The position numbers were made by a program, and so were the translations under genes. 64,000 nt of DNA, from contig CM052816.1 in NCBI GenBank assembly GCA_028534125.1, forward strand, positions 94,676,001-94,740,000. Direction: 5' to 3'. Position 1 is the first letter of the stretch; the number at the start of each line of letters is the position of its first letter. The stretch comes from Lama glama (Eukaryota). Of the stretch, positions 1-12,310 are shown piece after piece. The notes under the pieces are model-generated. The model was given only the letters and a program-made list of their open reading frames with translations. It made no database searches and was not told the DNA's origin.

Positions 1-1759
1 TCTGCATGCCCAGAGCCATGGGGACCAGTCACCAAGAGTCTGCGGTGATGCTGTTTTACCATTTTCTCCAGGACTGGTTGTGACTGAGAGCCTAGACAGG
101 GTCACACCATTCCTGGCTATTTTCTTAATGTCCCCTGTCCCTATTTCTCCATGTCTGCCCCCATTTTGACCCTCCCACAATGGACTGCAGTGTACTCTAA
201 GGCATGGGTCATACTCATATAAACCATTTTAACAATGTATCATAAAATAGGAAACATGATATACTTACTCCAGATGTGCCAGGCAATGATCACTTGATAT
301 AAACTAATTTATTTAACCCTAAAATTGTCTCCTCTTGGGTCCAGAGAGTTTAAGTAATTTGCCTAAAGTGTCCTATACTGATAGAACTGAGCTCCAGTCT
401 CAGGGAATGTGGCTTTCACGTGCCTGGACACTACGCACATGGTCTCCTAGCTTAGGAGCTTTGTGGTCAGATAGCTGTCCACTGTATTCCTGTAAACATT
501 ATTATCATAGCTGTAAAATTACATTGAAAATGGTTAAAGCAGATAGAAGATGTGTGATCTAAGAAAGAAAGAAACATTCTAACTGCCCAGGGGAGATACT
601 ACAACATTCATCTGGGGATATACCACAGATACTTACAGAGACCACAAGACAATACACTGAAAGGAGATCAGCTGTGCAGAAAGTTCTGGGGGAAGCAGGG
701 TGACTTGCCAACCACACTAATAAGGCCTGGATACCGAGCACTAACGTGCCAGGGCAACAACAGCCTAAACGATGCTCCATGGGTACCACTTCTCACTGTT
801 TTTTTCTGACTATGCTTTATTTCCACGATATTCAGGACTGTTGACCAAGGTCATTTTATTCTGCAGCCAGTGCCTGTTCTTACGGTGTGGCTGCATGCAA
901 AGCTATATACCAAAGAAGACTTTATGTCAGAATGCAGTTTTAGGTCACGTGGACTTCGTACATATAAGGCCCTTTGTCCCTGTAGGCTGGACTCAAATGT
1001 CATTTCTGAAGCAATTTACTTCACCATAGTTTCTCTGGCTTATGTTTTAGGTACAATTGCTTAACTTGAAAGCAAAATAACCAAAAACTCTTCATTCCTT
1101 TCCTTTATTTCCTTTTGAACGATACTGTGAGCAGCAATACGCCACACAATGCAGTGCAGGGATGATGCTTTGGGCACTGAAAAGTTGAAAAAGAAAATGA
1201 GAAAACGTATTTGAGCAGGTCCACAACAGACAGAGTAGCTGTAGTGATGGCTTGCTCTGTGTCTTTCCTGACATTGAGAAAACTCTCTGAACTTTCGTAT
1301 TCTTTTTAAATTAGAAATGGCCCAGAGGTCGATAAAGAAACTATCATGCTAGAAATGATGAGGATGGAAACACTTGTCAAGGAACCCAAAGGTTATCCTT
1401 TGGTTTCAACCAGTTTCCCAGCCCACCCCCACCTCACGCCCTCAGAACTTGAACGTTAATGTCTTTTCACTTAGGATGTTCCAGCTATGTCAAACCTGAA
1501 CCACAGTAAAAGTGGCACTATCATTTTCCTCATGTGCAGCACGGAGAAATACGTAATTATATTCTAAACTGTTATTTCCCTCCATTCTGTATACTCATAT
1601 GTTTCAGAATTGTTTTGCATCATTTGAATTTCAACTGTGAGAGATTCCAGCAATGATGAGAATATGACATAGAAGGATTACGAGGATTTATGAAAGCATT
1701 TAACTAACGTGTTTCTAAACGTAAGAATCATGATTCCCCTATTTCAAGTATCAAAGACA

Positions 1760-2850
1760 TTCTTAAAATAACGTTAACATTTTTTCCTCATTTTTCGTAA
1801 TGTAAAACATTTGAGGTAAAATTGAAATTCCCTTTTTACTCCTTCTCAGAGTTATTTCTCATTGTTCTCCCCCAGAGGCCACCACCATCGTGAATTTCAG
1901 TGTATCAGTTTAATCCACATACATAATATCTTTCTCTGTGTATGTGAATATATATACGTATATATAAGTTTAAGCCAAAGAATAACCCTTGTGTATATAT
2001 ATGTTTATGTATGTGTGTATGTATGTATTTGTATACAATACTGACTAATGGATGTTTTAAAATTTTACTTAATTGGGGTCGTGCAATACACATCTTACAT
2101 GCAATTTGCATTTTTCACTCTGTATTTTGCTTTTGAGACCTTCCCATGTTGATACATTGTGTATCTGGCTAATTTGTTTTAGCCGCCAAATAGTATTTAT
2201 TCCAAATACATGTCATATATGATATGGAATCATATTATCATATTTTTTCACTCCTCTAATGGTGACCTCTTAGGTTGTTTCTTTGCTTTGCTACTGCCAG
2301 CATGTAGGCATGAACAGTCCTGTACAAGTCCCCTGAGCACAGGTGAACGGGTTTCCCTGGGGGCTCTACCTAGAGGCGGAATCACTGCGTGATTTATTAT
2401 TGGCCCCAAAAACCATATCAGGTGTTGACTCATAGCTCACCCAAGTGTTTCACTGGTTTACTCTCCCACGTACGGTGTATGGCAGCTCACGTTTCCTCAT
2501 CTCCTCTCCAACACTTGGTACAGTCAGACTTTCTAATTGTTTTACAACCTGTGAAGTTAGAAAGAGGTATTCTTTCAATTTCTATTTTTTCAGTTCCTAA
2601 TAGGGTTGAGTATCTTTTAGTGTGTTCAGTGGCCACACTTTCTTGATTTCTCTGCTCTGCATAAGCTGTACATGTATCTGTTGACCTCTCTTCTATTTGA
2701 TCTTTGAATCTCTATCTCATTGATTTGTAGGAGTTATTTATATGTTCTGGAAACTAACCTTTTGTAAGCTATATGCATTGCAATTATTTTCTCCCTGGAT
2801 GTGGCTTGTTTTTTCAACTTTGTTTATGATGTTTATGTTTTTGTTTTTTT
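1760..2850 (-). mobile_element. Old L1 (L1M-type) 3' fragment, degenerate
   Basis: Antisense L1 3' motifs (catgttgatacat..., ctctccaacacttggta, gagtatcttttagtgtgttcagtggcc, tgatttgtaggagtt...tatgttctgg). Confidence 0.65.
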
Positions 2851-2864
2851 TTTAATCGCATAGG

Positions 2865-3090
2865 AGTTCAGTTGCATAGTTCAGAATGTGACCTCTGGAA
2901 CCAAATGGCCAGGGTCGAAATCTTGGCTTCATTACTTGCTGACAGGGGGACCTCCAGCAAGCTCCTTAGGAACTTCCTCAATTTCTTATCTATAAAATGG
3001 GAAAACATCACCTCTCTCGAAAGTTTTGTCATGAAGATTAACTATAAATCAGTTAGAATTATCGCCTGGTATAAAGTGAGAGCTATCTAT
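2865..3090 (+). mobile_element. MIR SINE
   Basis: MIR core-like: ggtcgaaatcttggcttcattactt...cctcaatttcttatctataaaatggg...gttttgtcatgaagattaa. Confidence 0.65.
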
Positions 3091-4129
3091 TTGTGGTTTA
3101 GATAATTCTTTCCTAACATTAACAATTTATGTACATATTATGTATATGTTTAAAAGCTTGTTACTAATGTTACTAATAATATTCTTTGTTATAAATATAT
3201 ATATATATATATTTTCACAATAATTGGGTTCTGGAGCTTATACAAAGTTACATTTAAATATATAGACTGATTAAATTACATCTACATTTTTATTACATTT
3301 AATTATTTAGAAATTATTTCTATTTTAAGAAATAACATTTCGATGATGAAAGCAAACTTTATATTCTGAAACTGAACATGCATGGGAAGTTATAACAGCT
3401 TCAAAAATTGCTTGTTTATTATACTAAATTTAATGATCTAATTGGGAGAAGGTGCACCATGAGTAATTCCTAAAAACCTGAAATAAGAGTGTCTGAGACA
3501 TGAGCATAATTTGTGTTTATTGAATGAATAAATAGTTTGCTTTCTTAAAAAGCATCCACCTTAGAGCAATTTTTAAGAGAAAGAATCAAGTACATAAAAA
3601 ACGCCATTGCATAGGATCCCCTAACAGAGTGACGTGTGCACTTAAAGGAAATAAAATCCAAAGCCAGTTTCTCTTGGGACTTCTATTTTCCGTGATCAGT
3701 CATACTTTCAATGCATTTTAACTGTGCTAAAGAAATCAGGGAACCATTTTAGTGATTAATGCTCTTTGTCTGCCCGAAGGAGGGTGTCTGCTTTGAGAAG
3801 ACAGTTTTATATTCACTGCCAATGGTATTTTTCCCAATTGTAATAAAAAATGTTTCTTCTCGTTTCTGTTGCACCATAAAATTGAGACACTTTTGAAGGA
3901 GATAAACAGAAAGTAAATATTGTGTAATAGTGTGATGTGTAGTCCTACACATAACATCACCCATTATTGTAGATAAGCGGATAAATCTCAAAGGATGAGT
4001 AAGAGCGAGGCACCATCTTATTTGTGCTGGGGTGACCCGAGATACTTTCTTCCAGCTCCATACTATGGAAATGACAGATGGAGAAGCAAGAAATGCCTTA
4101 TGAACTCAAATATTGGCATGTTTCTCGAT

Positions 4130-4480
4130 TATTCAGTGTAACATTCATTCTACCGAAACAAACAACTCTCCAACTTCAGAGTTTTAACAAAACAGTGGTT
4201 TATTTCTCACTAGGGCTGTGCCTTCTCTGGGTTGGCAGAAACCCCCCCCTTCGCATGGCTACTTGGAGACCCACCTCAACACAGGGCTTCGCAAGGAGAG
4301 TGGATGAAATCTTGTGCCTGCCCTTCTGTGCTCGGGGCAGGTGGTGGCATCTGTCCCTTCCTCTCAGGGACTTCCACGTAACCTATCTACATGGAAGGGG
4401 GCAGGAACGTGTGGTCCTCAGTGTGCCTGCAAGGAGAGGAGAGCGGGACTCTGGTGAGCAGTGGAGAAGCTCCCAGTGAC
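4130..4480. mobile_element. Old MaLR LTR (MLT1-like)
   Basis: aacaaacaactctccaacttcagagttttaacaaaacagtggtttatttctcac resembles the MLT1 terminus. Confidence 0.45.
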
Positions 4481-4534
4481 CTGCTCACTCTTCCTGCTTC
4501 AGGTGGGAAGCAACAAGTGTGTCTCCCTCCGTGA

Positions 4535-4822
4535 CTTTTTTTTTTATTGAATGAAAGATTATTTATTTTTTAAATTTTTAATTTTTTTATTGAAGTGTAT
4601 TCAGTTACAATGTGTCAGTCTCTGGTCTACAGCATAATGACCCAGTCCATACATATGCATACATATATTCATTTTCATATTCTTTTTAATTGGAGGTTAT
4701 TACAAGATATTGAATATAGTTTCCTGTTCTATACAGAAGAAATTTGGTTTTTTATCTATTTTTATACATAGTGGTTAATATTTGCAAATCTTGAAGTCCT
4801 GAATTTATCCCTTCCCACCCTT
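4535..4822 (-). mobile_element. L1 3' end, 5'-truncated
   Basis: T-rich tail, then ttgaagtgtattcagttacaatgtg...aagatattgaatatagtttcctg. Clearly homologous to the copies at 19237 and 20422. Confidence 0.8.
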
Positions 4823-4889
4823 TAAATTCTGTAGTGCTTTACAATTTTCAAAAGTTTCACACACGTGGCTTCGTATAACCCCATAATAA

Positions 4890-6265
4890 CCCTTTTTTTC
4901 CTCCCTACTCCTATCTTTCCCCTCACTCCTCCCCACTCCCTACTGGTAACAATAGTTTGTTCTCTATCTATGTCTGTGAGTCTGCTTCATTTTTGTTTTA
5001 TTCACTAGTTTGTTGTATTTGTTTAGATTCCACATACAGGTGGTATTGTACAGTATTTGTCTTTGTCTGTCTGACCTATTTCACTTAGCATAACGTTCTC
5101 CAAGTTCATCCATGTTGCTGCAAATGGCAAAATTTTATTCTTTTTTTAAGCTGAGTAATGTTCTGTTGTGTACATATGCTACAACTTCTCTGTCCAGTCA
5201 TCTGTCCATTTCATTTACGTTGCTTCCACACCTAGGCAATTGTAAATGATGCTTCTATGAACATCAAGCTGCATGTATCTTTTTGAGGTAGTGTTTTTGG
5301 TTTTTTTTTTCATATATATACCCAGGAGTGGAATTGCTGGGTCATATGGTAGTTCTATTTTTACTTTTTTGGGAAACCCCCATCCTGCTGTCCACAGTGA
5401 CTGCACCAATTTACATTCCCACCAGCAGCCTACAAGGGTTTCCTTTTCTCCACATCCTTGCCAACATTTGTGTTCTTTTTGATGACAGCCATTCTGATAG
5501 GTGTAAGGTGGTATCTCCTTGTGGTTTTGATTTGCATTTCCCTGATGATTAGTGATGTTCAGCATCTTGTCTTGTGCCCAGTGGCCATCTGCATTTTCTC
5601 TTTGGAAAAATCTCTATTTAGCTCTTCTGCACATTCTTTAATCAGATTTTTAAAATTTATTATTATTGAGTTGTATGAGCTGATTGTATATGTTGGGTAC
5701 TAACCCCTTATCAGTCATATCTTTTCCCATTCAGTAGATTGTCTTTTCATTTTTTTGACTGTTTCCTCTGTTGTGCAAAAGCTTTTAAGTTTAATTAATT
5801 CCTATTTGTTTATTTTTGCTGTTGTTTCCTTTGGTTTGGGAGACAGATCCAAAAAAAAAAAATACTACTGCAATTTATGTCACAGAGTGTTCCGCCTACA
5901 GAAGGAGTAGGAGTTTTCCACTAGGAGCTTTACAGTGTCTTACATTAAGGTCTTTTATCTATTTTGAGTCTACTTATGTATATGGTGTTGGAGAGGGTTC
6001 TAATTTCATCCTTCTACACGGAGCTGTCCTGTTTTCCCATGGGATTCATTTATCGAAGAGATTGTCTTTTCCTCACTGTGTATTCCTGCCTCTTTTGTCA
6101 TAGGTTAATTGACCACAGTGTGTGGGTTTATTTCTGGGCTCTCTGTTCTCTTCCATTGATCTGTGTGTCTGTTTTTTGTACCAGTACCATACATACTGTT
6201 TTGATTTCTGTAGCCTTTAGTATAGTCTGAAGTCAGGGAGCATGACTCCTCCAGCTCTGTTCCAT
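4890..6265 (-). mobile_element. L1 fragment with 3'UTR and ORF2 C-terminal remnant
   Basis: Minus ORF 5215..5565 contains [25 protein letters not shown]...[14 protein letters not shown], the L1 ORF2p C-terminal motif. It is frameshifted and degraded. Confidence 0.92.
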
Positions 6266-6514
6266 GAGTTTTGGAGTTGGACAGACTAGTTTAAATCTCT
6301 GCGGTGTTCCTTATGATGCATGTGGTCAAGTTATTTAACATTAATAAGCCAGCTATTTCCCATCTACCAAAGAGATTTGTGACTGTTGTGAATTACTGAT
6401 GTACCATAAGTACTTTGCAAAGGGCTGAACTGGTAAAAGGAGTGTAAAGCAGAGACAGTAGTCAATCCTGAAGGATAGAACATTGAGAGCATTTTCATTG
6501 AATCTGAAAAATAC

Positions 6515-6910
6515 TGTATTGGTTTCCTGTGGCTGCAATTACAGATTACCACAACTGAGTGGCTTAAAAAAACTATTACCTCACAGTTTGGGAGGCCAAA
6601 AGTTCAAAATCAAGGTTGGTCGACAGGGCTGTTCCCTAGGAAGGCTAAAAGGGAGGATCTTTTCTTGACTCCAGGTTCTGATGGCCTCAGGCATTCCTTG
6701 GTTTACAGATGCATAACTCCAATCTCTGCCTTCATCTTCAATGGCAGTCCTTCTCCTCTACTGTCTTTTATAAGGACATTTGTCACTGCATTTAGAATGA
6801 TCTCATCTGAAGATCTTTAACTCTTTTCCAATAAATAAGCATTCACAATTTCTAGGGATTTGGTGTGGATATATTTCTGGGGGGAAAAGGGCACCATTCA
6901 ACCCACCACA
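6515..6910. mobile_element. MLT1-family MaLR solo LTR
   Basis: Begins tgtattggtttcctgtggctgc and ends caccattcaacccaccaca (TG...CA). Flanked by aatac/aatat, consistent with a 5-bp TSD. Confidence 0.85.
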
Positions 6911-8244
6911 AATATGAAAGCATTTTCTCCTTATGTTAAATGCCACTTACTAAGTGAACATGCTTTGTACTTTCTAAAATATTAATTACAGGGTTAAATT
7001 TCTGTTTTAAGTGTTAAATTTTACTGTTAGATGTTACTACTATATAATGCTACACCTAATTGGTGCTAGGAAAAGTTGCATTGGACTGAATTTGTAATGT
7101 TACCATTTCATGTATCATCAACTGTCTGTAGCTCTCATCATTGTAAAACCATTTCCACTTGGCTAAAATGGATTAGCTGAGGAGCAAGATACCCTAAAAA
7201 AAGTCATATGGCTCTTAAGGGACTACTCTTATCTTCCTATATATCAATCATGGCTATTCTGAACACTGATTTCTACCAGAATTCCCTCCTCCTACCCCCA
7301 CAAATGTATTCAGAAGCCATCTCTACAGTGCAGATTAAAGTTCTAAAACCTACTTGCTCTTGTGAGACTGATGAGCTATTCATAGGAGCTGCTTGATCAG
7401 AGTAAAAGATTTAGTGAAATCAGTATAGAAAATCATTCTCAAAATGATACATGTCAATAATTGGCATCTAGATTTCTCACCAATTATTGGCGTGTAAAAA
7501 AGAGTATGTTGGAAGTATTTGCATATATAATGAAAGAGTTGTTTATATTTAGAAAATTTAAATTTATTTATGTATTTTAATAACTTATTCAAAATAAATT
7601 TTTGTGCCTGCAAAGATAAAATCTGCGCAGTATCTTTGGCATAACATTTACATGAGTAACCCTCTCTGCTTGGGTCGTTTTATGAGATGTATCTGTAAAG
7701 TGAGAATTTGGGAACTGTATATTCAGTTGGTGATGAAGTGTTACAATTTTAAAATTCCTTAATTTAAAGCATAATGAATGAAAGGAAGTGCTTATATGTC
7801 TTGAATAAGGTATAGATTTATTTTATCTCTTTATAATGAAGATGGAGAAAGTTATTTCTTTATTGGAATATCTTACAAAATCTACGTGAATCTATTCAGA
7901 CTTGTATTTTAAAATAACTAAAATTGGATAGAACTGCATGGATGTAGAAACAATGGTTAAGGACTGAGTATAATAGGTTGGGATTTGTAAAAAATGAGCT
8001 GTTCTTCTGAAAATTACTAAACGATGTCCATTGATAACATGCTAATATCTGTGAATCAAAAGAGGTGTATATCAAATGGGATTAAAGTTGAGATTGCATC
8101 AAAATGGGATCCCTTTTCTCAGTAGAAAATTAAAAGGAGTGCCATGGAGCCATCACCACTGCCCGAATGTGCCTTTGTGTCTCATAGTCTAGGTTCTTCT
8201 GTGTCTAACCAGTGTGTTATACCTTTGTATTCTCTTTTTTACAG

Positions 8245-8279
8245 TTCAACAGAAGAGCAGTTTCACTGGCAATCACAAG
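8245..8279 (+). CDS. CTNND2: Catenin delta-2, internal coding exon (exon 4, 35 nt)
   Basis: Pyrimidine tract tctcttttttacag before, gtaaag after. Translates (S)STEEQFHWQSQ(D), matching recalled delta-catenin SSAEEQFQWQSQD. Ends in phase 1, compatible with the next exon. Too short for the ORF track. Confidence 0.95.
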
Positions 8280-8601
8280 GTAAAGTGTAGCTTCTTGATG
8301 AACATTTATACTTGCTTCTACATATATTTCATTGATTCACTTTCATGTGAATTTTAAAAAGACACTTGTGAAAGTGAATATGACAACATCATGACATGAC
8401 AATTAAGTGAAGTTGTTGTAATAGCTCAAGAGTTCATGGCAGTTAAGTTCTTCCAATTCCCTAGTAATTTTTTGTTCTTTATGGATACATAGAATTGGCT
8501 GGCCTTGGTGTTTAATAGTGGTTGACCAAGGACTACAATGTGATATCTAATGAGAACTTCATAAAAGTACTGTCTTTGGTTAGGTTACTCTTGATTATTA
8601 A

Positions 8602-8805
<204 letters not shown>

Positions 8806-9018
8806 TAAGCTTGAAGACAATTGAAGTGTAAGTGTATTACACCATTAATGTTAATTTTATCATATTACTACAACTAATTATAATATTAATATAACTAATA
8901 TCATGAGCCATATCTTGTAGGACTTCCAGATGTGATTATACATGTTTTAGCCATTTCACTCCACTCTCATCTACTCCACTCTTGCATTACCTGACATTGA
9001 CTCACAGTTGATTATAAA

Positions 9019-9080
9019 CTCTCTCTCTCCCTCCCTCCCTCCCTCCCTCTCTCTCTCTCTCTATATATGTATATATATGT
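9019..9080. repeat. Compound microsatellite (CT)n/(CCCT)n/(TA)n
   Basis: Directly visible. Confidence 0.9.
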
Positions 9081-10149
9081 TACTGAAGTATAGTCAAACT
9101 CTCTTAAGTAAGTAATTGGCTTCTGGAGTTCTCACCAATTATTGACATGTTGGTGATTCTCACCAATTCTCTGATACCCTTTTTGGCACCTAAACTAGCA
9201 CATTGTGTGAACTCATCATACAGTTGTTTAATCAACAGTGTCTCCTTTAAAATTAACACTCAGTGCTTTATTCCTACAGATTATTGTTGGTAGGGATCTT
9301 AAACAGAAGAGCAATTATATAACAAAATAGAAAAAGTCATGCAGTCTGTGCAGTACTACTTAGTACTATGCTATGGTACCATGCAGGAACTCCTTACATT
9401 TCTGTATTTAGCTATCTTGCATGGCCGTCTTACTCTCAAGAGAATATTTAAAGATGTCTTTCTTTCTGCATAATTATATATTTTTCAACCAGAGTGGTTG
9501 AGGCTTAGAAATAAAAGTTCTATGGGTTGAAACAAACCTCACTTTAATAAATCATAAAATTCTCTTGACCTATTTAAATAAAATCCCACAAAAAGCTAAA
9601 AATTAAATCACTAAAAAATACATTACCCTGATAATTTCTACATCAGAAATCAGTGGAGCATTTTATTCCTTGATTTTAAAAAATAGAATTTCCTTAAATA
9701 CCCATGTATTTTTGCTATGTAAAAGGAAGATATAAGAATAAGATAGCATAGTGATCTTAAAACCATTTAATTGGCATGTGAGTTCATTTTCTCTGTGATC
9801 TTTATGACACCCACTAATCTTAGGATAACACCATCATGAATGTCCAGATTTGTTTTAACCCTTACGCATCCCCTCAATAAAACTCCTAAAGTGAGCTGCA
9901 TGATTTGTATTATACTTGTTCTCTGTATTTCATATGTTAAAATGTAAAATTATTACCTCTTCTTTCTCAAAGTCTATAGATACATTTCTTTTGTAGGAGC
10001 AGCTGTAGTTAGAACTATGTTTACTTAATACTGAGGCACATGTACTCATTTTCTAGCGAGTAAGAAAAGCAGAGATAAAAATAGTGTATCTGGGGGAGGG
10101 ATGATTTTGGCTATCTTATTTTTATATTATAATGGAGAAATATATTTTA

Positions 10150-11400
10150 TTATGATTTTAGCAGAGGGATAACCTTTAATTCATAGGAAGTACAAAAAAA
10201 AAAAGAAGGAAGAAAAGAGTAAATTAAGGAGCAAACAAATTAAAATAGAAGTGATAAGTCAAGTATATCAATCTAGCACTACCTGTAAGCGCACTGAATT
10301 TTTTGAAAGAGAATAAAAATTCAAGTTTGTAGTAAACGAGGATAAAATAGTGATGTTATGTTTAATATACATACTTATGTTAATGAGCTAAATGTTGAAA
10401 TTAAAGGAATTGACAAGTTAGTGACAGCAATACAATGACCACGAAGAGTGGAACTGGGAAGAATAATGTGAGATGGAGTGGAATTTAATGCAGGAGCATT
10501 ATGCAGGGTCAAAAAGGAATTACATAGTGAAATAACTTACCATTGTGTGGTAAAATACGGTGAACATGTGTGCACCAAGCAATGTAACATCTGAATATTA
10601 AAAATTATTAAAAATGAAAGAAGTTGATGAAGTACATTGTGGACATTTCTCAGAATCAGACTAAATACTAGAAGGAAAGGCCACAGAAATTTGGAATAAA
10701 TAACAAGTTAATGCCTTAAGTAAATTGTAAAAGTTACCTTTTTTGAATAATAATAAACATTTGTTATATATATCTGGAAAATTCACAAATACTGGTCAGC
10801 TACTAGACTATAAAGATAATTCTAATAATTAAAAAGTATAAAAAGGCCCAATTCTTTGATAATAATGCAGTAAAAATTAAAAGTAAATAATAAAATGATA
10901 AGTAAAATGTAATCACATTAAAATCAAGAAACACTTTTGGAGCTACTGAATCAAATGGAAGTAAAAAAGAAAATTATGTACTGTTTACAAAACAAATAAA
11001 ATAGCTATATTTTATATGAAAACGTAGGGTATGGTTAAAAAAAACTACACTGAGAGGAAATCATAATCTTATTATTAAAGATAAAAGACAAAATAAAAGG
11101 ATATTATACTCATTATTGGAACACCTTAAAAGCAGCTAAAAAAACCAGAAGCAGCCAAGAAAATGGAAATAATAAAAGCAATGCAGAAATAAAGTAACAT
11201 AAAACAAAAGAGTAGAAGAAAGAAATGAATACTAGAAGAGATAAACAAAATAACAGAAAGAATAAATACATGAACTTTTTAACATCTTTAAGTCAACTAA
11301 TAACCCAGAACTTTCTAAATTGAGACATTCTACACACAGGAGATACAGAAATAATTTTTAGTGATCGCTTTTGTATTTCTGCAAATGTTTTCAAAGATTA
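10150..11400 (+). mobile_element. Highly degenerate ancient L1 ORF2 region
   Basis: Strongly A-rich + strand with L1 ORF2-like remnants (ataatgcagtaaaaattaaaagtaaataa, actgagaggaaatcata). No intact ORF. Confidence 0.55.
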
Positions 11401-11904
11401 CTTACAAAAGATGTATCTTTATTACAGGAAAATAAAATACTCCAGTTAAAGTTTCTTTGAGATATATTTGCTAATTGCTGAATTTTTGGTTTTCAGAAGG
11501 ATTCGTTAATGTTGTCATGTATTGAATTACTTTTTTGAAGACTCCTAGACTTTTAGTTAATTGTTCTTTTGGAAGAAAAGTTTCCTTGTTTGAAGACAGG
11601 AAAAGAACTAAAGCAAAAAACGACAAAACAAAAAACCAAAAAAACCAAACAAGAACCACAGGTGACGGAAGTGCCACTGGAAAGTTTTGTGCCAACGGAT
11701 CTGAACCACAGTGAAATATGGAATGTTGTTGTTCTTAAGAAATGTTTATTTGTTTTTAGTATTTTCAGAGTCAGTTTTAGACTGAACCAATTGAGTAAAA
11801 TTTAGGGAATTAATATTAAAATATTGACTAGATAACTATCATTTGGGGGATCAATTATTGCTAATTTTAAGTACTTAGAATATCGTAACATGAAAGTCTC
11901 AATT

Positions 11905-12310
11905 GCTGTTTGTATTTTTGTAACAAGGTCCAGATGGGAAACGGATTCTACTCAAAAAGAGTTTAAGTGAAAAGAATTTAATTAAGGGACTATTTACAAA
12001 GGAGTGAGCAAGATTAAGGGAACAGTCAATGCCTGCAGAGGTACTGAGGGAGCAGCAACAGATGGAAACCCTGGCCACCCTTAGTCCCGGAGGAAACGTC
12101 GGTGAATTGGTGCCAGCAGAGTCAAGAGGCATGGCTGGTGGGAGCAGAGGAATAAATAGCCCAGCCTCTCTCTCCTCCTGCCTTCTGATGTCCTTGTCAT
12201 GCCTCCCACTGGCCAAGTCCAGTCATAAAACCAAATGCCAGGGGACCCTTGGGATACAGCCTCTGAGACAGAGAATGAATGGGGGAGCAAAGAAAATGAT
12301 CCACACAACA
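11905..12310. mobile_element. ERVL-type solo LTR (LTR41/LTR33-like)
   Basis: aatttaattaagggactatttacaaaggagtgagcaagattaagggaa and cctcccactggccaagtcc resemble recalled old ERVL LTR consensus. Confidence 0.55.

Noticed and set aside
5215..5565. 116-aa ORF with a recognisable protein motif
   Set aside because: Degraded L1 ORF2p C-terminus, not a host gene.
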